From Solirubrobacteraceae bacterium (lineage in GTDB: Bacteria; Actinomycetota; Thermoleophilia; Solirubrobacterales; Solirubrobacteraceae), in NCBI GenBank assembly GCA_036266975.1, contig DATAWZ010000074.1:14986-78985 (forward strand): 64,000 bases of DNA, in the 5' to 3' direction. The position numbers and the translations under genes were made by a program. Under the pieces are notes generated by a model. That model saw only the letters and a list, made by a program, of their open reading frames with translations. It did not search any database and was not told the origin of the DNA. Within the stretch, counting starts at the first letter, position 1; every line of letters starts with the position of its first letter. Positions 55,047-64,000 of this stretch are shown here, piece by piece.

Positions 55047-55297
55047 CTTCGACACGTCCCACGACCACAGCTCGTTCGGCCGCTCGGCCAGCAAGCTCGG
55101 GCTTGGCGTAGGGCCCGTGGGTGAGCTGATCGCGCCGTTCGCGCACACCACGGTGGCGGCCAGCGAGGATCGGGTACGTCGTGGGGGTCGAGCACAGGTA
55201 GGTGCCCTCGTCCAAGAAGTGTCGCCCAGACCTCCTCCGGGGAGCCGTCGACGACCGGAGTGCACCTCGAGACCTGCTGGCGCTGGGGCCCTGACAC
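55047..55297 (-). pseudogene. IS3-type (rve integrase-core) transposase relic, frameshifted and truncated
   Basis: Across three minus frames: SPEEVWATLL, then (H)FLDEGTYLCSTPTTYPILA..RERRDQLTHGPYAKPEL, then LAERPNELWSWDVSKL. Homology stops where the catalytic core should begin. Confidence 0.6.
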
Positions 55298-55771
55298 CGC
55301 GGAGCATCCCCCGCCCCGGGCATGCCCCTGCTCAGCGAGACGATGCAGCGGCCACCAAGCCGCCCGCCCCGCCCGCGACTTCGGCGGCGGTGGGCGCCAA
55401 ACGCTCAGTGAGACCTGCCTTCAGTCGGCGACGAGCATCTCGACGCGGGCGACGGGTGCCCTGGAATGCGCGGATCTCGAGTGCGTCATGTCTCGGTCCG
55501 CCTGCGCGGCGCGCGAGGGCACCGCTGAGGCACGGATCCCGCGCGAAGCAGGGCGAGGGCTCATGCCTCGGCATGCTCGCCGCGTTGAGACCAGGCCGAC
55601 CGCAAGGTGCGCAGCGATGCCGGGGCCGCCCTGGCGCATGTTCAGGGAACCGTTCTGCGATAGAGGCCGCCGGTGTCGCACGGGCAGTAGGATGGCATTG
55701 CGGCCCGCATGAATCCCGCCGACGATGGGCCAGTGGCTCGCGCGTCTGGGGCGAGCAGCCGCCGAGCGACG

Positions 55772-56452
55772 ATGCGCGCGGGCATGGCGGTCCTACTGCC
55801 GGTCGTGGCGTTCGACATCGCCGGGCCGATCGTCGTGCAAGGCGTCGCGGTCACCAGGGCGCCCGCCTGACCGTCGCCCTCGCGGTCAGCGGCGCCCTGC
55901 CGGCAGCTTGGATCCTGGCGGGCATGTTCTCGCGACGCCGTGGGTGTGTTCGTGCTGTCCAGCATCATGCTGGCCACCCTGATAGGACTCGCCACCGGTA
56001 GCGGCTGCCTGTATCGCTTGGACGGTGCCATCCTCACCGGGGTCTTCGGCCTGGTGTGTCTGGGACCGTTGTCGACACCCTGGCCGCTGATGTTCCACTT
56101 TGCGCTGACCTCGAACGGTGGGGCGGAGTCACAGAGACGGACAGATCTCGCTGATCGGTGGCGATATGGGGCGTTTCGCCGGGTGTTCGTCATCATGACC
56201 GTGGCCTCGGGGGTGGCCTTCGTTCTCCAGGCGGCCATCAGCGTGGCGATCATCGAGGTGTCTTCAACCGACAAGACGTTCCTGATCAACAAGATGCTTC
56301 CCTATCTCTTCCTCGCCGTCCTCGGGGTCTGGACGCCCGTCTACGGGATGCGTGGCAAGCGGCGAGGGGAGGCGGCCGGCGCCGGCAGAGCATCAGCTCT
56401 TTCCCAGCAGCAAGGCGGCGCGCCGGCTCCGGGCCGCACGCCGCCCAATTGA
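55772..56452 (+). pseudogene. Polytopic membrane protein gene whose N-terminal part lies in other frames
   Basis: MRAGMAVLLPVVAFDIAGPIVV (stop at 55868), then QGARLTVALAVSGALPAAWILAGMFSRRR in the -1 frame, then track ORF 55940..56452 (GVFVLSSIMLATLIGL...). Alternatively only 55940..56452 is real. Confidence 0.45.
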
Positions 56453-56724
56453 CGAATGGTCGGCTGCACGGTTCCGGGGCAGCGTGTGCGTGCCGCTCCC
56501 ACGAGCCTGAGTCGGACTGCAACCAGAACGGGCGCATCGTGCTGTTCGCCTGAGCGGGGCGCACCGTCGTCGGCGAAGGCGACCGTGCGCGCTCGACGGC
56601 ACTCGCCCGACACAGGCGCGTGCTGGGTCGCCAATAGGGGACGCGAGCGTCGCGCTTGCGCGAGGGTGGAAGCGACCGCCGGGGCTCCTCTACGACTGCC
56701 AACGCGTTGCTGTAGCCGTTCTCC

Positions 56725-57416
56725 CTACTCTAGGGGTACTCGATCGGAGGTTCGTACGTCAGTCAACAGCGCCACGAAGGCGCCGAGTCGGATGCCCCAT
56801 TCGAGCAGCCGCCTGACCCTCTCGAAGGCCCACGGGTTGTAGTTGCCGGTGAACAGTGTGGTGGGGTAGCCGAGATAGAGGCCGATCACGCCGAGGAACC
56901 GCCCCGGGGATGACGCAGATGTCGAGTGCGATCACCCATAGCGGGTTGAGCAGGATCCGCAGCCGCGGGATCTCCCTGCGTGTACTGGAAGTGAAGACGG
57001 ATCGGGTAATCGGCGTCGTCTTCCATCCCGGTCCAGGCTCGGTGTCTGTGACGCCGTGACATGGGCCTGAACTTTCGCGGTGAAGCGGATCACCTGGGTG
57101 ACGTAGTCGTAGGAGTCTCCCGCACCTTGCCGCTCGCCGCCACGGTGAACCAGATCGTGATCACGTGGAACCACGCTACGATGTTCCGCCCGATCGCGTA
57201 CAACTCGATATTGATGGCGGTGAACGGTCGGATGAGAAACGCGAGCCTCTTCTGCGCGCCCGGAGGGCCGGCGACCTCGACCGAGGCCACCGGCGTGTCG
57301 GCTGCGATCGTCGTCTGCTCCGATCTGCGGTTGAGCTGAGCGCTTCCAGCGGTCCGCGTTATTGGCTTCCGCGCCGGGCCCCCCGCGGGGCGCCCCAAGA
57401 TACCTGCCCAGGGCAA
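56725..57416 (-). pseudogene. DUF4389-like membrane protein gene with several frameshifts
   Basis: Minus-strand pieces lie in different frames: KRLAFLIRPFTAINIELYAIGRNIVAWFHVITIWFTVAASGK, then GDSYDYVTQVIRFTAKVQAHVT, then EDDADYPIRLHFQYTQ, then REIPRLRILLNPLWVIALDI, then FLGVIGLYLGYPTTLFTGNYNPWAFE...ALLTD. Confidence 0.45.
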
Positions 57417-58087
57417 GGCGGATCTCGATCAGTCCACTGCGCCTCCGATGCGGTCGCACCTCGCGGATCAAGGCTGGGCGCCGGTCGGCGCGCCCGCTTC
57501 GGCGGCAGGAGCAGCAGCGCGACCCCGACCCGTGTCGACAAGCGGTCATCACCGCGCGAAATGGGCGAGGAGACCGTGCGCTTCGCGCGACGTGCGGGCG
57601 CGATGGGGAGAGGGCGCCCGGGTGCGGGAGCCGGAACTGCCGGTGGATCGCCCGAGGCGCTCACACGCGAGCCCCCCGTCGTTCGACCAGGGGATATTGC
57701 CCCTCATATTCGTGCTGGCTTGACGGGTGGACCGCCGGGCTCGGAGGGGTCCTGGGCGGATGCAGTCAAGGCTTCCTGTGACCTTCAGGCGTCCGCGCTC
57801 GTCTGGCAGCTACCGGCCGCGCCGCGCCGCATCAGCGTCAGGGCACCCACGCGCCGACGCGCATCAGGTGCGCACGGGTTCGGCCTGTGTCCCGGAGTCG
57901 CCTGCGTGCGTCCTTCGCGTGTGCCGGAAGGTGTCGGCGCGATGTGGACCAGATGTCGCTTTACACCGTCCTGCTGAGCGCGTACCTTGACAGCAATAGT
58001 GTCCGTGCGTGACTTTGCGCACAATGTTTGCCGGGTGTGCCGGCGCGACGCCGTGCGCGGGGATTGCTCGAGAGACGAGGAGGACTG

Positions 58088-59851
58088 ATGGCTGATGCCG
58101 CTGTAGCACTGCCACCACATTCCCCCACACGGCTCGACGCCGACGGCCTTGACCGGGGAGTCGGCTTCCTGGGGCTCCTCTGGGCTTCCGAGACGTCAAT
58201 CATCGGCTCCGGCTGGCTCTTCGGAGCGCTGGGCGCCGCTGTGATCGCTGGGCCGTCGGCGATCCTCGGCTGGGTCCTCGGCTCGGTGATCATCCTGGTC
58301 CTCGCCTTGGTGCACGCCGAACTGGGGGGGCTGTTCCCGGTCAGTGGTGGCACCAGCCGCTTCCCGCACTACGCGTTCGGCAGCTTCGCGGGCGCGACCT
58401 TCGGCTGGGCCTCCTACCTCCAGGCAGCCAGCGTGGCGCCGATCGAGGTGCTGGCCGCGGTCCAGTACCTCTCCACCGCGCACTGGGCGCGGAAGTTCTT
58501 CCACGTCAACGCCGCCGCGGGCGCCGCCGGCGGCACGCTCCACGGCTTCGGCTACCTGGCCGCGGCGATCCTGCTGCTCCTGTTCGTGATCCTGAACATC
58601 GTCGGCATCCGCTACTTCGCCAGGATCAACAGCGCGATCACCACCTGGAAGGTGGCCGTCCCGGTGGTCACCGTCCTGATCCTGCTGATCGGGCACTTCC
58701 ACGGTTCGAACTTCGGCCACGCCGCCGGGGGGTTCTTCACCAGCCACGACGCGTTCAAGAACATCCTGCTGACGCTGCCCGCTGGGATCATCTTCTCGTT
58801 GCTGGGCTTCGAGCAGGCGGTACAGATCGGCGGGGAGGCTGCCAATCCGGGGCGTGACCTCCCGCGCGCGGTGATCCTGTCGATCATCATCGGCGCGCTT
58901 CTCTACATCCTCATCGAGGTAGCGTTCATCGGGGCGCTCAAGCCGGGCGTGCTCACGGCCAACGGCGGATGGCTCGGTCTCGGCACGAGCAAGAGCACGG
59001 TCGCTGGAAAGCTCGCGGCCGGCCCCTTCTTCACCCTGGTCAGCATCGCGGGGATCTCCTGGCTGGCGACGGTGCTGAGGGTCGACGCGGTGATCTCCCC
59101 GGGCGGCACCGGGCTGATGTATGAGACGGCCTCCGCGCGGCTGTCGTTCGGCCTCAGCAAGAACGGGTTCGTCCCAAGGCCCTTCGAGAGCGTGAGTGCC
59201 GCGCGCGTCCCCGTGTTCGGGGTGATCATCGCCACCCTGGTGGGGATCCTGTCCCTGCTCCCGTTCCCGAGCTGGGCCAAGCTGGTCGGCATCGTCACGA
59301 GTGCCTCGGTGTTCATGTACGCAGGAGCGCCGGTCGCGCTCGGCGCGATGCGCCGGCAGAAGCCGGACCTGCCGCGGACCTACAGGCTGCCGTGGGCCGG
59401 GATCCTCGCGCCGCTGGCGTTCGCCGGTGCGGGGTGGGTGATCCTGTTCTCGGGCTGGCAGGTGTACAGCACGCTGGTCATCGCCCTGCTGATCGGATAC
59501 GCGCTGATCGGGGTGTCCTACGCGGCCAAGCTGAACCCGCGGGCTCCGGCCATGGACTGGCAGGCCGCGCCGTGGATCATCACGTGGATCGTCGGCATGG
59601 GAGTCATCTGCTACATCAGCTCGTTCGGCCCCGGCGGAATCATCGGCGGCATCGGGATCTTCAAGCACGTCCTCGACAAAGGCGGCACCGATCCAACGTC
59701 GCTGGGTCCCAACGGCTCGGTCTACTGGTCGATCATCATCTCGGCGGTTTTCAGCCTGATCATCTACTACTGGGCGATCGCCACCAGGCTACCCGAGCAC
59801 AAGGTCGATGAATACGTGCGCGACGTGTACCCCCCGCCGGTGGGCGAGTAG
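58088..59851 (+). CDS. APC-superfamily amino acid/polyamine permease
   Basis: ATG after GAGGAGG. IIGSGWLFGALGAA...LALVHAELGGLFPVSGGTSRF. About 12-14 TM helices. Confidence 0.9.
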   Translation: MADAAVALPPHSPTRLDADGLDRGVGFLGLLWASETSIIGSGWLFGALGAAVIAGPSAILGWVLGSVIILVLALVHAELGGLFPVSGGTSRFPHYAFGSFAGATFGWASYLQAASVAPIEVLAAVQYLSTAHWARKFFHVNAAAGAAGGTLHGFGYLAAAILLLLFVILNIVGIRYFARINSAITTWKVAVPVVTVLILLIGHFHGSNFGHAAGGFFTSHDAFKNILLTLPAGIIFSLLGFEQAVQIGGEAANPGRDLPRAVILSIIIGALLYILIEVAFIGALKPGVLTANGGWLGLGTSKSTVAGKLAAGPFFTLVSIAGISWLATVLRVDAVISPGGTGLMYETASARLSFGLSKNGFVPRPFESVSAARVPVFGVIIATLVGILSLLPFPSWAKLVGIVTSASVFMYAGAPVALGAMRRQKPDLPRTYRLPWAGILAPLAFAGAGWVILFSGWQVYSTLVIALLIGYALIGVSYAAKLNPRAPAMDWQAAPWIITWIVGMGVICYISSFGPGGIIGGIGIFKHVLDKGGTDPTSLGPNGSVYWSIIISAVFSLIIYYWAIATRLPEHKVDEYVRDVYPPPVGE

Positions 59852-60396
59852 CGCCTACTCATCCGCTCGAGCCCGCGCCGCCGCGACGACGCGCTGCCCT
59901 CGGGCACTACGGGTGAGGGGGTGTTTGGCGCATGCCGGAGCCCTCGGGAGCCAACCGCCGCCCGGCTTCCAGGAACCACGGCGAACCGGTCTCCTCGTTC
60001 AGGCCCGTCGCTCTGGCGACCGCCTCGATCCTGCCACGCCCATGAGAGGACGCCTCCGCGGCGGCCCACAACCGCCGCCGGTTCCGAAACGGCGTCGTTC
60101 ACCTCCACTACCGCGCAAGCGTCTGACCGAGCCGGCAACGCGAGGCCAGGCAAAGACCTGCTCTCGCGACCGCGCGACCGCGCGAGCATCTGGCTGGCTC
60201 GCCGCAGCGACCCGCTCAGCGCGGATCTCGGGCACGTCCCGGCTTCGACGGCGCGAAAACCTCGCGGTGAGCGCTCAGGCACCCTTCCCGCGCGAAGCGG
60301 GTGTGGGCAGGTTCGTCGAGCAGATGCGCGGCGAAACGTGAGAGCAGGTCTCGGTTGCTGTGGCAGCACCCGAGAGCGTGCCGTAAGGGGATCCCA

Positions 60397-60873
60397 TTAC
60401 GAGGCGCAGCCCGGGTCAGCATCGAACGCTGCGGCAATGAGGTCAGTCAACGGCCCGTCGCTGCCGCTGGGGAACGCCAGTCGGGCGGTCGGGGCGGTCA
60501 CGGCGAGCGTGGTGCCCGTGTCGGGGTAGCTGACGATGTCGGGGAAGTTCACCTCGGATATGAAGAGGAGCCGGCAGGGCTCCGAGGAGGCGTTGCGCAC
60601 CCGGTGTGCGCCCTCAGGGCCGCACGGGAACGAGACGACCTCGCCTGGCTGCAACTCACGAAGCCCGGCGGGCATACGCAGCTCCGGTGTGCCGCTGAGC
60701 ACAATCAACAGCTCCTCGTTGGCGTGATGAAAGTGGTAGGGGCTGCTGAGCGTGCCTGACGCGAGCTCGACGATGCTCGCGCCGAGGCGCTGCGAGCCCG
60801 CGGCCGCGGCCAGCCTGGCGACGCGGCTGCCGCCTCTGTCCCCCTGCCACTCGGGTTCGAACGCGTTGCTCAT
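60397..60873 (-). CDS. Cupin domain protein
   Basis: Internal ATG gives MSNAFEPEW...LSSPYHFHHANEELLIVLSGTPELRMPAG...LQPGEVVSFPCGPEGAHRVRN. Confidence 0.75.
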   Translation of the reverse strand: MSNAFEPEWQGDRGGSRVARLAAAAGSQRLGASIVELASGTLSSPYHFHHANEELLIVLSGTPELRMPAGLRELQPGEVVSFPCGPEGAHRVRNASSEPCRLLFISEVNFPDIVSYPDTGTTLAVTAPTARLAFPSGSDGPLTDLIAAAFDADPGCAS

Positions 60874-61146
60874 GCGCTGGCACCATAACGCCGCGGGCAG
60901 CTGGCGAGGCCCGGGCTGCAGCGCGTACGACCGTGGGCACCCGCTTGGGTCGGCGGCCCGCAACGGGAACCATGTGCGGGAAGGTCGACCGAATGCCCGA
61001 GCGACGACCGTCCGCGAGACATGCCGTCCCGCAAGCCCCCGCCCGGTGGCCTGTCCCGGTAACGAGGCGCTATAGCGACGGCCTTGGCGCGTCGCCGTGC
61101 CCGTGCTCGAGCAAAAGCAGGTCGGCAACCCCCACGGCGGCTACGC

Positions 61147-61403
61147 CCTGCTCCTCGCCAGAAGCGGGACCGATGGTCTTGAGGAACGGACCGCCAACGC
61201 CGAAGGCGCTCATCGATGCCCCCGAGGCCCGGCAATCCCTTTTGGTCCCGCGCTCGCGGCGACCGGACGATCGAGTTCAACGGCAAGGAATCGTCCGCAT
61301 CCGGCCTCGGCTCCGGGTGACGCCGCGGGCGAGTGCTTTCCGGAAAAGCGCTCGTCCGGTCCTCGGCGCCGTGCGGTGGCGGCCGGCTTGCGCCATCGCC
61401 CAT
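61147..61403 (+). repeat. Repeat family copy B (about 257 bp)
   Basis: See copy A. Lies between the cupin gene and tRNA-Thr. Confidence 0.7.
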
Positions 61404-62134
61404 CTGCAGGCGCGCGTAGGCCCGGAAGCTGACGCGTGCATTGTTCGCGTCGCCCTCGCAGAGCCGACGATGCCGATGGCGACGAACCGCACGCGGGCTC
61501 GCCGCGGAATCGGCGCCGCGATTGACGATCGCATTCGCCCGGGAGGAGGCGCGCACCGGTCGCAGACTCGCACGCCTCGTACGCGACGAAGGACTCGTGG
61601 GCTCGCCGGGGCCCGCGCGAGCTCAGGGCCAACCTCGGGCGGGCGCGGGCTTGGGTCTCGAGGCCGAGCGGGCGTCGGATGATCTCCTCGACGCCTAAAT
61701 CGAGCTGCTCGCCATTACGTCCGGCTCGCGGTTGGCGATGTGTAGCGGGTCATCAAGGCCGTATTTGTGCGCCCATAAGGCCAGGCAGGCCCGGCTCGAG
61801 CCGCCCAACCGTCTCCCTGAGGCCGGCCCGCAGGCGAGCGAGCGCACGGCGTGGCTTGAAGGTATCGACGCCCCTGTCCCGGGAGCGGGCGCTGAATTCG
61901 CCACGCCGCGCCGCGCAATGTTCGCACTGGGTTCGCACGACTTACCGCGCGCGGGAGAATCTGCCGGCCTCGACGGGTCGAATCCCGCATGGATACTGGG
62001 GAGCGCCCTGGCGGAGGGCTCGCTCGACCCCTTCCATGGATCTGCGGGGGCTCGGCCGGAGCGTGCCGACGCACCGCAGGCGGCCCGAGCAGAAACTGGC
62101 CTTTGAGTAGGGCCTTTCTGCGCCAGCCAAGCCA

Positions 62135-62207
<73 letters not shown>

Positions 62208-62287
62208 AACGGGATCGCACTGTAGCGTGCGCGAGCGCCCGCAGGCGGCCCCACCGGAGGCGAGGCCGCCACGGCGCGCTTGGGGGC

Positions 62288-62731
62288 TCAGTGGGCCGTG
62301 GGAACGCGGTCGCCCGGCGTCACCGTCTGCACGGGAACGCCCATGCCCGCGACCTTGCGAGGCAAGTCCAGCCGCAGCCAGCGCGACAGGCGAACGCTGA
62401 GGGTCGAGATGATGACTTCGTCGAATCCGCGCAGGTTGAGCGCATCGGCGACGGCGGCCACTGGATCGGCCTCGCCCAGGATGCTCTCCACCGGGCTGCC
62501 CGCGGCCTCGGTCAGCAGCGGCGTCGCCTCGGCGATGACCCTTTCGGCGGCATCACCCCCGCTGTGCTCGGGATCCACGAGCCGATCGAGCCCCTGGGCC
62601 CCGTTGGGCACCAGCAGCGTGAACGTGGCGGGACCTGCGGCGGCGCGCTCGCGAACGGCCTCGAGCAACGGCTGCGTCGCAGCGGTCTTGTGGGCCACGA
62701 TGAGCACGCGAGCCGGGTTGGAGGACTCCAT
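62288..62731 (-). CDS. Universal-stress-protein-like (adenine-nucleotide alpha-hydrolase fold) protein
   Basis: RVLIVAHKTAATQPLLEAVRERAAAGPATFTLLVP...FDEVIISTL. Assigned by resemblance only. Confidence 0.6.
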   Translation of the reverse strand: MESSNPARVLIVAHKTAATQPLLEAVRERAAAGPATFTLLVPNGAQGLDRLVDPEHSGGDAAERVIAEATPLLTEAAGSPVESILGEADPVAAVADALNLRGFDEVIISTLSVRLSRWLRLDLPRKVAGMGVPVQTVTPGDRVPTAH

Positions 62732-62919
62732 GATTGGACGCTCCTTTCGCTGGACCGACCGATCATCTCACCGTTGGGTCGTGGGCGCCAGACCTGTGGA
62801 CGGACGTGCCGTCAGGCGGTGGTCGGCGCGTCGTTCGCTCCGCCGGCCGACTGGAACTTGGCGTGCGCCGGCTTGGTCGTCGTGCGCTTGGCCGTGGGGG
62901 TCTTGGCGCTCTAGTGTCG

Positions 62920-63816
62920 CTAGCCGGCGGTGGTCGTCTTCCTCGTGGCCGAAGGCGCGTGGGATTTCGTCGTCGTGGCGCCGGTGCCGGTGCCGGTCGC
63001 CGCGTGCTTGTGCCGGGTCGCCTGTTTCCTCTTGTTGGTGGCGGGCGCGCTGACCACGCTGGGCGTCGCCGTGGTCACCGAGGGAGTGGTCGTCACCGGC
63101 GTCGCTCGGCTGGGCTCGTCGAGATCCGCGCTGTCTGGTGTGGTGATCGAAGTGGGTGCCCCGATGCCCGGCGGCTTCAGGCCGAACACGGGGGGCCGCG
63201 CTCGCGGCGGGGCGAGCCGAGCGCCGAGCATCGCCTCGGCGATCGCCTGTCGCAGCGCGGGCGCCCGATCGGCGATCTGCGGACTGCCGCACGAGCCCGT
63301 CAGATGCGGCCAGATGCCCGCCGCGTACTGGACGACCACCGAGCGCGCCCGTGAGATCGGCAGGAAGAGGTCGCCCAGCAGCGCATCCTGTCCGCTCGAG
63401 CCCGGGTAGGGATAGCTGATGATCTCGGCAAGGGCGTTGCGACCCTGCCGCGTCACCGCCCAGTCGGAGGGATCCAGAGACGACACGAGGGCGTCCGTGC
63501 TCTCGGTGGGCTCGTAGGCGTACAGCACCGAGATCGACAGGTAACAGGGCCCGGCGATGTCCACCAGTGCCAGCGAGCCGCGGGCGCCGAACAGATCTTC
63601 GCTCACGCCCCACCCGGGCGGTGTGGGGACACGCAGGTGCACCGTGCCGGCGGTGATGCGCATCGCCCTCGCCGTCCGGACCATGGGCGCCGCGGTGGGA
63701 AAGCCTGCATTGGAGTCTCCGCCCGAGCTTCCGCAGCCACCGAGCGCGACCACGGACGCGGCGAGAACGAGCAGTCCGGCGGGCGATGCTCGCCGCGTGG
63801 ATGGACAGGCCGACAT
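62920..63816 (-). CDS. Lipoprotein (hypothetical) with Thr/Lys-rich C-terminal tail
   Basis: Signal peptide plus lipobox LGGC, and a globular middle region. The tail reads TPVTTTPSVTTATPSVV...KRKQATRHKH. Confidence 0.65.
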   Translation of the reverse strand: MSACPSTRRASPAGLLVLAASVVALGGCGSSGGDSNAGFPTAAPMVRTARAMRITAGTVHLRVPTPPGWGVSEDLFGARGSLALVDIAGPCYLSISVLYAYEPTESTDALVSSLDPSDWAVTRQGRNALAEIISYPYPGSSGQDALLGDLFLPISRARSVVVQYAAGIWPHLTGSCGSPQIADRAPALRQAIAEAMLGARLAPPRARPPVFGLKPPGIGAPTSITTPDSADLDEPSRATPVTTTPSVTTATPSVVSAPATNKRKQATRHKHAATGTGTGATTTKSHAPSATRKTTTAG

Positions 63817-63865
63817 CGCTTCTAGATTTTCACGCCCGCGGAGGCGCCGGCGCGAGGTCGAAAGA

Positions 63866-63947
63866 TGGTGGGGGCAGGATTCGAACCTGCGTAGGCAGAG
63901 CCAACGGGTTTACAGCCCGTCTCCTTTAACCACTCGGACACCCCACC
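63866..63947 (-). tRNA. tRNA-Tyr (anticodon GUA), long variable arm
   Basis: GGTGGGG...ACGGG-CTGTAAA-CCCGT-TGGCTCTGCCTAC-GCAGG-TTCGAAT-CCTGC-CCCCACC-A. 82 nt, class II structure. Confidence 0.95.
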
Positions 63948-64000
63948 GGGCGAGCCGAGATCGTAGCGCTCAGACCGCTTCGCGCAGGCGCTGCGCCTCG

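Overview
High-GC, actinobacterial-type chromosomal segment, gene-dense on both strands. The ORF track is full of long antisense or out-of-frame shadow ORFs, which I discarded. The left ~41 kb looks like core or metabolic DNA. It holds fabH-fabG, a GAF histidine kinase/LuxR response-regulator pair with a small Cys-rich upstream ORF, CHAD and PhzF-family genes, a Tat-exported sulfatase and a secreted multi-Ig-like protein. It also holds an acetone-carboxylase-like locus (AMP-ligase, PucR regulator, beta subunit, and an alpha subunit fused to the gamma subunit). Next to that is a TetR-gated three-gene operon encoding a split dikinase-like system, which is my best candidate for an undescribed system. 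A long run of TetR/MarR/ArsR regulators follows, paired with SDR, LLM, cupin, FMN-reductase and MFS genes, plus an ECF sigma factor with a fused SnoaL-like domain. The right ~21 kb (41.1-62.1 kb) looks like decayed, possibly composite, integrated DNA. It is bounded by tRNA-Thr(GGU) and a same-orientation 33-nt relic of that tRNA's 3' end. It contains an IS630 element with a TA duplication, an IS3-type transposase relic, three VapBC-type toxin-antitoxin pairs and a double-HTH GIY-YIG protein. It also contains two tandem GAF-LuxR paralogues, several multiply frameshifted genes, three diverged copies of a 130-260 bp repeat and about 1.3 kb with no credible ORF. The window ends with a USP-like gene, a lipoprotein gene and tRNA-Tyr(GUA). 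No rRNA genes or CRISPR arrays were seen. All family assignments come from motifs read by eye and need HMM or BLAST confirmation.
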